This document shows positions 1 to 8,682 of a DNA stretch of 18,769 nucleotides, piece by piece. Source of the DNA: an uncultured cyanobacterium (lineage in GTDB: Bacteria > Cyanobacteriota > Cyanobacteriia > Leptolyngbyales > Leptolyngbyaceae); contig CAVYAN010000088.1 of NCBI GenBank assembly GCA_963766075.1, positions 1 to 18,769 on the forward strand, in the 5' to 3' direction. Each line of letters begins with the position of its first letter. The first letter of the stretch is position 1. Made by a program: the position numbers and the translations under genes. The notes beneath the pieces were generated by a model. That model saw only the letters and a list, made by a program, of their open reading frames with translations. It was not told the origin of the DNA and searched no databases.

Positions 1-2
1 TG

Positions 3-173
3 TCCTCGGTCATCACACCTCAATTACCCTCTTTAGCTGGGGTACTTTTTCTGGCGGTTGGCTTTGGTCTTAGCATCGTAGAGATCGCGGTTGTGAGGCA
101 AGTCTGTGGACGGAACGGGCTGCGCGGCTGGCTCGATTTAGTGCCGACAACCGAGAAATTATATGGAAAGTAA
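3..173 (+). CDS. 3' end of a probable membrane protein (truncated by window start)
   Basis: Frame open from base 3 to TAA 171-173, reading SSVITPQLPSLAGVLFLAVGFGLSIVEIAVVRQVCG...LYGK*. It has a hydrophobic stretch and overlaps the ATG at 163 of the next gene. Confidence 0.4.
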   Translation, partial: SSVITPQLPSLAGVLFLAVGFGLSIVEIAVVRQVCGRNGLRGWLDLVPTTEKLYGK

Positions 174-642
174 AACCAAATTAACACTAGACCTGTTGCT
201 TTTTAACAGAAAAAATCGCTGAAAGCCATACGCTGTATAGATTGTGGTCATCAGTTATAGAAAACCCCTGAAAAACTTGCCAAGACTGGATTTCGCAGCT
301 TTTTGAGCTTATAAGGCAACAGGTCTACTGATTAAAATCACTCATACTGCGATCTGGATATTCTTCAATGTTGTGATTCTCTATATGCTGTATGCCGCGA
401 TCGCCAATAAACTCGATCGCTGGCTCTGGATCGGGTATGGATTTGTCTTCCTAGAAGGGCTGATCCTCCTCATGTTCAAATCCCACTGCCCCTTAAATCT
501 GCTGGCTCGACACTACACAAATTCTACCAAGGACAATTTTGATATTTACTTGCCAGCTTGGTTAGCCAAGTACACGAAGTTAATCTACACCACTATTTTT
601 GCGATCGTTACGATCATCACCCTCTATCAAATGTTGAATTAA
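163..642 (+). pseudogene. Small hypothetical multi-TM membrane protein interrupted by a MITE
   Basis: ATG 163 gives MESKTKLTL. Removing 190-327 joins it in frame to LIKITHTAIWIFFNVVILYMLY...CPLNLLARHY...NFDIYLP (113 aa). The insert has in-frame stops (first TGA 220-222). Track ORF 373..642 is the remaining C-terminal part. Confidence 0.8.
190..325. mobile_element. MITE (136 bp, non-autonomous, IS5/ISL2-like ends, TA target duplication)
   Basis: Left TA|GACCTGTTGCTTTTTAA; right TTATAAGGCAACAGGTC|TA (15/17 inverted match). TA flanks at 188-189 and 326-327. No coding capacity, and excision restores the host ORF. Confidence 0.88.
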
Positions 643-665
643 AAAACACTAAAACACTGGAAGCA

Positions 666-1400
666 ATGATGACCAAACAAATTTCTCTTGATGCGCTATG
701 GGATTCAGCCACATCTCAGGATCGTATATTCCACTTAGATAACTTCACTCACCTGCCAGAAGCCGCCAGACAATATCTTGAACACGCGATCGCGTCTGGA
801 ACACAACTCGCCTCTGCGGTTCGACTGTGGATGCATGGAGAAATGAAACTCGGAAAACATTGGCATTCATTTAAAGCAGAAGAAGTGATTTGCAGGGATC
901 GAGGCATGATTTGGCAGGCGACGACTGAGATGAATGGCTTACCGATTTTGGGAGAGGATCGCATCGTGGATGGCGTTGGAAATGCTTCGTGGAATACCAT
1001 ACAGAGAGGCGGAGAGGATATCACTCGATCATGTGTCGGACGAGTTCAGGCCGAGTCGGTCTGGCTACCATCTGTTCTCTGTAACCCTGACATCATCTGG
1101 ACGGAGTTAGGCACTTCCCAAGTTCAGGCAACCTTCACAGCACTCGGAGAACCGGCCAAGATTACCCTGACGGTTTCTAGTCAAGGAGTCTTGGAGCAGA
1201 TCAAAGTCAATCGCTGGGGCAGCCTAGAAGGTGAAGCGTTTCACTATTCCGATTTTGGTGGCATAGTCGAGGATAGTGGCACCTTCGACGGCTACACGAT
1301 CCCGACTCGTCTTCGCATTGGCTGGTTCTTCGGTAGTGAACGATTTGAGTCAGAAGGAGAATCCTTTCACTGCACGATTGACAATGCAATCTATCGATAA
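666..1400 (+). CDS. DUF6544/DUF6920-like hypothetical protein
   Basis: Motifs LPEAARQYLEHAI, W..FKAEE, GEDITRS..GR..AESVWLPS, FDGYTIPTRLRIGW resemble this family from memory. ATG 666/669 preferred to the track's TTG 558, which overlaps the upstream gene. Confidence 0.65.
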   Translation: MMTKQISLDALWDSATSQDRIFHLDNFTHLPEAARQYLEHAIASGTQLASAVRLWMHGEMKLGKHWHSFKAEEVICRDRGMIWQATTEMNGLPILGEDRIVDGVGNASWNTIQRGGEDITRSCVGRVQAESVWLPSVLCNPDIIWTELGTSQVQATFTALGEPAKITLTVSSQGVLEQIKVNRWGSLEGEAFHYSDFGGIVEDSGTFDGYTIPTRLRIGWFFGSERFESEGESFHCTIDNAIYR

Positions 1401-1447
1401 ACCGAATATACGTCACAGTGAAGTGGATCCCAAAAACTAGACCAGGA

Positions 1448-2463
1448 GACCTGTTGGGAAATAAAAACAGATGTTGGCCGTGTGGAATCTCTCCGTCCGC
1501 TCTCAGGTTATGCAGCATCTAAATAGAAGTTCCATAGCCCTGCTGCGATCAACATTAACCGATCATCGAAATCAGTCACACGATTCCTATAAACGGCTGT
1601 AACAGCGTTATATCGCTTGATGCCAGCGTGGGCATGTTCACATACCACTCGTTGACGACTAAATTCTCGGTTTTCCTGCTTCTGCTGCGCGGTTAACTCT
1701 TTACCTCTTCGGCTTTTTATGCGGCAAATGAATATTGATCAAATTCGTTCTGCAAGCCCTGAAACCCTAAATCTCCCTCAACCCTACTGCATCTGGGAAT
1801 ATGCTCGACGATCTCGGCTTCATCCAATTGCCGTTTGTCATGCACACTTCCCGGTCTTGGCTTTCGTCAGCATAATCACACGCTTTTTTCGCGTGCTGCC
1901 CGTGATGTGCTTGCGGGTATGCCGTTTCTTCTTGCCAGAGTAATGTTCCTTCTGACTTCTCAGGGTCTTTGGGGCGTTGCACAGGCCGTTCAGTCCCATC
2001 GAAGATCACCTCCTTGACCTCTGGAAAGCGGTCGATAAATTCCTCCAAACTCCTCAGTTTGCGCACAGGCAAGACTTGTTTGTCTCCCAAGGTGGTTTCC
2101 AAAATCGGCAGCAGGCGATGTACCCAGTCATGGGCACAGGAACGGTCAAAGTTAAACAGCACACTCAGCAAATCAAACGTGGGATAACATTTGCAGTACA
2201 GCAAGATGTAGAGCAGCTTTGTCTTCCATCGTTTCTAAGGTTGCCTTGCGTCCCCCCCCAGTTGCTCGTTGGCGGTGACTCCCGATGGATTAAGACTTTG
2301 CTGATACGCTTCTGTAAAACTTGGCAAGAGCGCCTCAAAAGCTTTGCGATTAAGTCCCGTCATCGCTCGTATCAGTCGATCTTGATTGAGAATGCGTTCC
2401 AGATTGAGCATGAGAAAGGACCCTTGCAACTGCCAACTATTATCCCCTATTTCCCGACAGGTC
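1448..2463 (-). mobile_element. Insertion sequence, IS5 family (ISL2-group-like), 1016 bp
   Basis: Terminal inverted repeats GACCTGTTGGGAAATA (1448-1463) and TATTTCCCGACAGGTC (2448-2463), 15/16 match. TA follows the right end. Encloses a DDE transposase. Confidence 0.9.
1508..2411 (-). pseudogene. IS5-family DDE transposase with multiple frameshifts
   Basis: Pieces join into MLNLERILNQDRLIRAMTGLNRKAF...GGGRKATL...YPTFDLLSVLF...IFDGTERPVQRP...YSGKKKRHT...VHDK...EGDLGFQG...RVVCEHAHAGIKRY...GLWNFYLDAA*. There are at least 6 frame changes (~2280, 2220, 1955, 1846, 1737, 1708). The span is 904 nt; removing the net +4 gives 900 nt (299 aa). Confidence 0.88.
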
Positions 2464-3549
2464 TATTAATCGTAAGGGGTGACCATCTGGATCACGAACT
2501 AGAAGCCCTTGTTTGAATCCCAATGTTTGCCCAGGAATTGCTACAACACTGGAAGAGATGAAGGTGGCTTGATTGAGCCGTAACTGTTCTGCGATCGCCG
2601 CTACATTTTTCACCACCAACGTAGTTTGCCAATGCAGCACATCATTCGGTTTGGCATCGACCGAGAGCGATCGCCCATCCCTCGGCTCTAGATATTCCAA
2701 AAACTCAATACCGGGACCAGCGGGAGAACGTAACCCGCTAATGTGCAGTCGTGCACCTTGCACATTGTTGAGATGTTCTTGTTCGGTGCCGTAATTCATG
2801 CTTTCCCCCGCCACTTTCAAGCCGAGCAAATCACGGTAGAACTTGAGACTGGCTTGTGTGCTAGAGACTACGATCGCAGTATGGTCAATGCCTAAAAAGA
2901 TCTGCTTTGTGGGTTTCTGCCATTTCGGATCGCCCTTCCCAGGTGGAAAGTAAATAATCTCTAGATTGTGCCCATCGGGATCTTTAAAGTAGAACGCACG
3001 AATGCCAGCCGCCCCTTTGTTGGAATCAGGAATACGTTGAGGAGCCGTAGATGCATACTGCACTTTGTACTTGCGTAAGTGTTGGTATGCCTGATCCATA
3101 TCGCTTACCGTGATCGCAATGTGTTGAAACCAGCGATCGTTACTGCGCGAATCAATAGGAATCGGTCGCCCTTTCGGCGTCAGATATTCCGTCAGCTCAA
3201 GCAATTCATTACCGAGTTGCAGCTTTACGACTCGCAACCGCACCCCAAATAAACCTTGCAGTTGCTCATACTCCGTACCCAACACTTCCACATCAGAGAC
3301 TTTCTTGAAAGACAAGACTTTTGAGTAGAAATCAACGGCCCGATCCATATCTGAAACCGTCATACCCACAGACGCTACAGCCACAACAGCGTTCGGTACC
3401 GTCTGTAGTTGAGCGCGTTGAGTCGGGATGGCAGGACGCTGCTGCGATGTTTGGGAGCCTGCCTGAAGTTGCGGTGCCACAACAATTACAGCAACGGTAA
3501 AAGCAGCGAGAAGCGATTGCATGAGCGTTTTCGTGAAGCGCGTGGGCAT
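2440..3549 (-). CDS. Exported tandem VOC/glyoxalase-fold protein; last codons and stop supplied by the IS end
   Basis: Two VOC repeats (TVSDMDRAVDFYSKVL...HIAITVSD...FKDPDGHNLE; DHTAIVV...FYRDLLGL...RDPDGH) after a signal-peptide-like N-terminus. ATG 3549 lies 2 nt after the upstream TGA. Confidence 0.85.
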   Translation of the reverse strand: MPTRFTKTLMQSLLAAFTVAVIVVAPQLQAGSQTSQQRPAIPTQRAQLQTVPNAVVAVASVGMTVSDMDRAVDFYSKVLSFKKVSDVEVLGTEYEQLQGLFGVRLRVVKLQLGNELLELTEYLTPKGRPIPIDSRSNDRWFQHIAITVSDMDQAYQHLRKYKVQYASTAPQRIPDSNKGAAGIRAFYFKDPDGHNLEIIYFPPGKGDPKWQKPTKQIFLGIDHTAIVVSSTQASLKFYRDLLGLKVAGESMNYGTEQEHLNNVQGARLHISGLRSPAGPGIEFLEYLEPRDGRSLSVDAKPNDVLHWQTTLVVKNVAAIAEQLRLNQATFISSSVVAIPGQTLGFKQGLLVRDPDGHPLRLIDLSGNRG

Positions 3550-3551
3550 GG

Positions 3552-4427
3552 TCAAACCTCGGCAGACGATTCGGATTTAAGGAGAGCGATTGATAGGCTC
3601 AATGCAGCCTGTAAGAATGCCTCAACCTGCTGCTGCTGAGCTTCAGCACTGACAGATACTGTGAGCCGAGACGCAGGCAGCACAGCCCCAACCCAATGCT
3701 GCGAATGCCAGAACCCATGACCGTCGAGGATTGGCAGGCTAGCGGCGTCTGGATACGGGTAGGGAGACACATACCAGTAGGGTTCGTTGTAGCTAGCGTC
3801 TCCGGGCGATAAGCCCACTCCGACAGTGAGCGAGCTGCCGTTTTTAGTGCCGGGAAGCATGATCAGCGTTGCCATATCAAAATGGTGTGGCCAGATACGG
3901 ACAGCAGTCGCGTCCTCGGTCGTGGCAATGATCGCCTGAAACAGCGAATAAGTATTGGCGTAGTAAGCTGTTAACTCACTCAATGCCAATGTTTGACTGG
4001 CATCAAAAGCTCCCCCGTGGGCTAGGGGATGATCAGGAAAGTCATCGGGGGGATAATCCAGAAACGTAATTTTGCTGGCATCGACACCCCGATGAGAAAG
4101 CTGTTGTTGTAGCCAGCTCAGCCCCGCTGCCATTGTTTTTCCAGTCAATGGTCAAGAGGCGATCGTCTCACTCTGCTGATCTAATAAGATTAATGTGAGG
4201 CTGACTGGATCAAGTGCCACTTGAAACGGCCTTGCTGCTCGAATGGCAGACCCAACAAACACCTCTAAAACCGGATGCCATGCCAGACTGGTGTGACTGT
4301 AGTCTGGGAGCGGCTCTGCCAAGGCTGCACCCGTTGCGGCAATCAACTGGATGGCATAATGCAGTTGCAGCCTACTTTCTACCAATTCATCAGAGGAAAT
4401 TTTAGCGATCGCCTGCCATTTGTTCAT
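3552..4427 (-). pseudogene. Conserved hypothetical protein (distantly DUF5996-like) with an in-frame TGA
   Basis: Track ORFs 4152..4448 and 3552..4148 are in the same frame, separated by one TGA (ETIAS*PLTGKTM). Motifs RLQLHYAIQ, DYSHTSL.W, IWPHHFD, GLSPGD..YNEPYWYVSPYP. The family label is uncertain. Confidence 0.7.
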
Positions 4428-4629
4428 TATTTTTACTCCGTTGATCATCCTATGCTGGTGCTTTCAACGCATACTTCTGGTTCGTATCCGTTGATAGTCT
4501 GTTGTGCCGATTGATAGCGTTTTGCCTACTGCGAAGCAGCTTTTGTAGGGCAATCACTCGCGAAACAGTAATGGACACTGTGTTGTAGAATCACAAACCA
4601 ATCAAAATCAATTGCCATACCTTGATGTC

Positions 4630-6211
4630 CTATTTCATGCGGTCGATGAGATGTTCTCCTATCCGCAGGGCATTGGCAATAATAGTCAACGTTGGATTCA
4701 CGGCACCACTGGAGCAGAAGAAACTTCCATCTACCACGTAAAGGTTGTCAATATCATGGGTACGGCAATTGAGATCGAGCACTGAGGTCGTGGGATCTGT
4801 GCCAAATCGGCAGGTGCCCACCTGATGACCAACACCATCCAGGGGTAATCGGCCCGTATAGGTTTGCCCTGCATCCACAAAGTAAGAGCAATTTGGCATG
4901 ATGGCTTGACCACATTCAATGGATTTGAGGATTTCGATCCAGCGCTGCTCTAAGCGATCGTAGGATTCCGTATTGTTTTCGGTATAGTCCAAGATGATCT
5001 TGTCCCCATCCACGCGAACCCGGTTGTTGGGATCAGGCAAATCTTCCACCGTGAGCCACCAATCGATCGAATGCGTCGCAACGTCTTCAGGAGTCAATGG
5101 CGCATAGGCGGCTGCATTACCTTCCAGGGCTTCTTTGCTGACTTTACCCAGCGTTTGAATTTGCCCCATGGGGTATTCGTAACCCTCCTCACCCCAGTAG
5201 AAATCATTGATAGAGAGGGTTTTCTGAAACTTAGTCGGGTTCGGCTTCTTACTGACACCAATAATGGAACCCAGCACGTGCTTCATAAAGTTACGCCCGA
5301 CTAAATCAGAACTATTGGCCAGTCCATTGGGATGCTTCTGATTCGCAGATTTGAGCAAAAGCACCGAAGAGTTGACGGCACCGCAGGCGATCGCCACAAT
5401 ATCACTAGAAAATTGCTGCACATGCACCTGTCCCGATGCCGGATCGCGAACTTCTACCTCAACGCTAGAAATTTCCCGTCCAGAAGAACTGGTGTGCAGC
5501 CTCAGCACCTTTGCTTCTGTCAGCAGTGTGACGTTTTCCTGACCCAGGACGGAACGCACCGTACTAACTTCGGCATCTGACTTGGCATGCACCAGACAGG
5601 GAAACCCATCGCAGGTATTGCAGCGAATACACTCACTGAGATACCGCTGTGCTTCATTTAAGCGAATACCAACAGGGCGTGTGGTAAGGATTCAGACCTT
5701 TGGACTGCAAGACCTCTGAAATTTCTTGAATGCGCGCTTCATGGCTGACAGCAGGATAGGGAAATTCTTCACTACGGAACGGTTCTGTTGGATCTTCTCC
5801 ACTGTTACCATGCACCTGATAGAGTTTTTCTGCCTGCACATAGTAGGGTTCAAAATCTTTGTATTTCAGTGGCCATGCGGGTGAAATACCATCTCTATGT
5901 TGGAATGCTTCAAAGTCTTTTTCTCGCAACCGAAATAATGCGGCACCATAGACTTTTGTGTTGCCACCCACAAAGTAACTCATCCCCGGATGGAGTTCCT
6001 TCCCATCTTTGTCATACCAGACTTCAGAGTTATGGTAGCGATCGCTATTAAATACAGTTTTTACATCCCAGTTCTCCTTCTCTCGGGGTAGAAAGGGACC
6101 TCGCTCCAGGACAAGAATTTTCTTGCCGCTTTGAGCGAGACTGTACGTCAGGGTACCGCCCCCTGCACCAGTGCCAATGATGATGACATCGTAATGGTTA
6201 TTCGTAGACAT
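4630..6211 (-). pseudogene. GMC-family FAD oxidoreductase with CxxCxxC Fe-S motif, single +1 frameshift
   Basis: YDVIIIGTGAGGG FAD motif, VGGNTKVYGA, HQVGTCRFG and VNPTLT. Deleting one base of the GGG at 5675-5677 gives HTPVGIRLNEAQRYLSECIRCNTCDGFPCLVHAK, collinear with the paralogue at 10464 (526 aa). May be a sequencing error. Confidence 0.9.
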
Positions 6212-6396
6212 TTCATGGTGCTCCACGTTAAGAGAATCATGGGCGAAGATTAAAGCGGGCAAAGCTTATGGGTCAGTCGGGTGGGTCGATCTGATTGCAA
6301 GCTGATGACTGGCTGAGAGCTTTCCTGGGACAACGGATTGTAAAGGAGGATTAGCAAGCATCTCCCCAAAGCTCAGGTCGTTTGTCTAAACCGCTC

Positions 6397-7737
6397 CTAC
6401 AGGTCAAGGATAACTTTGGTGGTTTTGGGTTTGGCGATGCAAATCAGTACCGAGCCATCCTCAACGGACGCGATTGGAGTTGTTTGGTATTCCACTTCAC
6501 CCTCTAGAATTTTGCACTCGCAGGTACCACAAATCCCTTGACGACAACTGTACGGAGGATTTAAACCATTGGCTTCGGCAAATTCCAAAAGACTGTCTGC
6601 ATCAGCACTCCAAGCTATGGTTTGATGCGATTGGGCAAAGACAATTTCCGCTGCTTCCCCTTCGCCATTAGCAACCTCAGTCACGGGACGCTCAGATGCT
6701 GTCTTATTTGCCTTTGTAAACATTTCAAAAAAGACGCGACTTTCAGGCACCCCGACATCTTTTAAGCCTGTACGAATCGATTCCAGAAATGGGGGAGAAC
6801 CACATATAAAGTACTCGGCTTCTCCCATGACCAGGGATTGAATTAAATCGGTATCGACATAGCCTGTACTGTGGTAATGGCCTGTATCCTCTTCTCGGGG
6901 ACGGCTGTAAGCATAATGAATCATTAGGTTGGCATTCTGCTCCGCGATCGCCCCCACTTCGTCTCGAAAGGCATGAAATCTCCCATCTCGCGCACCATGG
7001 AGAAACCAGGCGGGACGGTCAGGATTCAAGCGCGTCAGGGCTTTTGCCATGCTAATCATGGGGGTAATGCCCACACCATTGCTGATCAGCACGGCGGGGA
7101 TAGACTTCTGTACATCCAGAACAAACCTGCCGCTAGGTGGCTTAACTGGAATCACCGCACCTTCATGAATCTGATCATGCATAAAATTGGACGCAATCCC
7201 CGGCATGACATCTAATCCCCGAGGCATCGGTTCCCGCTTAATCGATAGGCGGTAAGAGTCGCAGGGAATAGGATAGTCCGATAGCGAATAAGTCCGAATG
7301 ACCGGTCTTGCCTGTCCGGGAATGTCCAGTTTAATGGTCAGAAATTGTCCAGGTTGAAAAGTGGGAATGGCACCCTGGTCCTCTGGCTGTAGGTAAAACG
7401 AGGTGATTTCCTCACTTTCCTTGACCTTACGAACCACGATAAAGTTGCGCCAGTCTGTCCACGAATTGGCTCCGGAGACCTGGCTTGATTGTGCATCCTG
7501 TGGTTCCGGCGTTGTTTCTCGCTGATTTTTCTGGCTGGAATAAGCTAAACCCAAGAAAGCCCCACAGCCTGTACCCAGCAGGGACGCATACAGCGCTGTT
7601 CTATACGCCGAGCTATCTTTCGACTTTGTGACACCAATCGCCAGCGATGAAGCCAGGGTAACAACTGAAAAAGCGGTCAATGCTGCTGTTAAGCTTCTAA
7701 TGAATGGATTTTTAATCTTTCCTAGACTTTCAAACAT
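6397..7737 (-). CDS. FAD/NAD(P)-binding ferredoxin reductase with C-terminal [2Fe-2S] domain (PDR/Hcr-like) and N-terminal hydrophobic helices
   Basis: FQPGQF, RTYSLS, G.ASNFMH, NGVGITP, FICGSPPF, and C-terminal YSCRQGICGTC...LICIAKP. RBS TAGGAG sits 9 nt behind the aquaporin stop region. Confidence 0.9.
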   Translation of the reverse strand: MFESLGKIKNPFIRSLTAALTAFSVVTLASSLAIGVTKSKDSSAYRTALYASLLGTGCGAFLGLAYSSQKNQRETTPEPQDAQSSQVSGANSWTDWRNFIVVRKVKESEEITSFYLQPEDQGAIPTFQPGQFLTIKLDIPGQARPVIRTYSLSDYPIPCDSYRLSIKREPMPRGLDVMPGIASNFMHDQIHEGAVIPVKPPSGRFVLDVQKSIPAVLISNGVGITPMISMAKALTRLNPDRPAWFLHGARDGRFHAFRDEVGAIAEQNANLMIHYAYSRPREEDTGHYHSTGYVDTDLIQSLVMGEAEYFICGSPPFLESIRTGLKDVGVPESRVFFEMFTKANKTASERPVTEVANGEGEAAEIVFAQSHQTIAWSADADSLLEFAEANGLNPPYSCRQGICGTCECKILEGEVEYQTTPIASVEDGSVLICIAKPKTTKVILDL

Positions 7738-7746
7738 ACGGTTCTC

Positions 7747-8577
7747 CTAAAGTAATCTATCGCTCAACCGCCCTGAGCCTTGACCGCCCCCCACCACCGA
7801 CTCTCGGTAACCGCAGCGGAAAATGCAGCGTTTAGGGTTGTGATGATGAAGTTTGGCGCAGCGCACAGCGGTGTGCCCTGCCCATTGGACATAGAGTTCA
7901 GATGCGCATAACATTCCCAACAGCGGTGCGGTGAAATAGATCCAAATCGCGGTCCAGGTGTGGGCGGGAATAGCCGAGGCTAGCGTGCGGGCAGGATTCA
8001 TGCTCATGCCTGATAAGGGAGCTTCCAAGGTGATGTAGAGGGCAATTAAAACTCCGGCAAACCAGCCCGTGAACCGGTTCAGTTTGGGAGCATTGGAAAC
8101 CCCCAGAATCATCAGCATCATGCCAAAGGCGATCGCGAATTCTGCCAGAAAGGCAACACCAATGCCAGCAGATCCCGGCAGAGTGACAACGTAGCGAACG
8201 GCAGGATGGGCAATAGCATCTCCCAGAACCGTTGCGGCTAATCGCATTCCCAACAACCCACCGACAAATTGTGCCAGGATGTAAAAAAGCGCATCCACGG
8301 GCTTCACCTTACCCAAGCGCAGGAAGGTGAGAGTTACCACTGGATTGAGGTGGGCACCGGACTGCTGGCCCCAGGGAGAATAGATGAGGGCGATCGCCGT
8401 TAAACCCATCGCCCCACCAATCATCAACCGACGCCAGACGGGGTCAGGCAAGGCGGCATGAATCGGCGAGGCAGGATGCTCTAACAGCGCAGTTACAACA
8501 CTCGCAGATATCAGGAAGATGCCTAAGCCCGCGGCCTCCATCAGATATTCGGGATAGTGGTGGCGTAAACTATTCAT
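7747..8577 (-). CDS. MIP/aquaporin family channel (atypical filter, Cys/His-rich C-tail)
   Basis: SGAHLNPVVT and SMNPARTLA boxes, six hydrophobic segments, and E in helices 1 and 4 (EAAGL, AEFAIAF). ATG 8577 chosen over GTG 8595. Confidence 0.92.
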   Translation of the reverse strand: MNSLRHHYPEYLMEAAGLGIFLISASVVTALLEHPASPIHAALPDPVWRRLMIGGAMGLTAIALIYSPWGQQSGAHLNPVVTLTFLRLGKVKPVDALFYILAQFVGGLLGMRLAATVLGDAIAHPAVRYVVTLPGSAGIGVAFLAEFAIAFGMMLMILGVSNAPKLNRFTGWFAGVLIALYITLEAPLSGMSMNPARTLASAIPAHTWTAIWIYFTAPLLGMLCASELYVQWAGHTAVRCAKLHHHNPKRCIFRCGYRESVVGGGQGSGRLSDRLL

Positions 8578-8682
8578 GGCGATTTTGGGTAGCACGACGC
8601 GACGCTGAGCAAGAATATGTCAGAGCAAGAGGATTTTGAATAGCATTGCAGGCAATTTGGATGACATTGGAGGAAAGCAGGG

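Noticed and set aside
1977..2516. 179-aa + strand ORF and other short ORFs over the IS
   Set aside because: Antisense shadows of the transposase with no recognisable motifs.
4152..4154. In-frame TGA as selenocysteine or programmed readthrough
   Set aside because: The context (IAS*PL) is not a redox motif, I see no convincing SECIS hairpin directly downstream, and a simple nonsense change is more parsimonious.
4480..4523. - strand peptide KRYQSAQQTINGYE resembling an IS6 transposase C-terminus
   Set aside because: Only 14 residues, with no terminal repeats or further homology, so it may be chance.
5670..5680. Programmed ribosomal frameshift in GMC1
   Set aside because: There is no slippery heptamer; one extra base in a 3-nt run explains it, and the paralogue is continuous.
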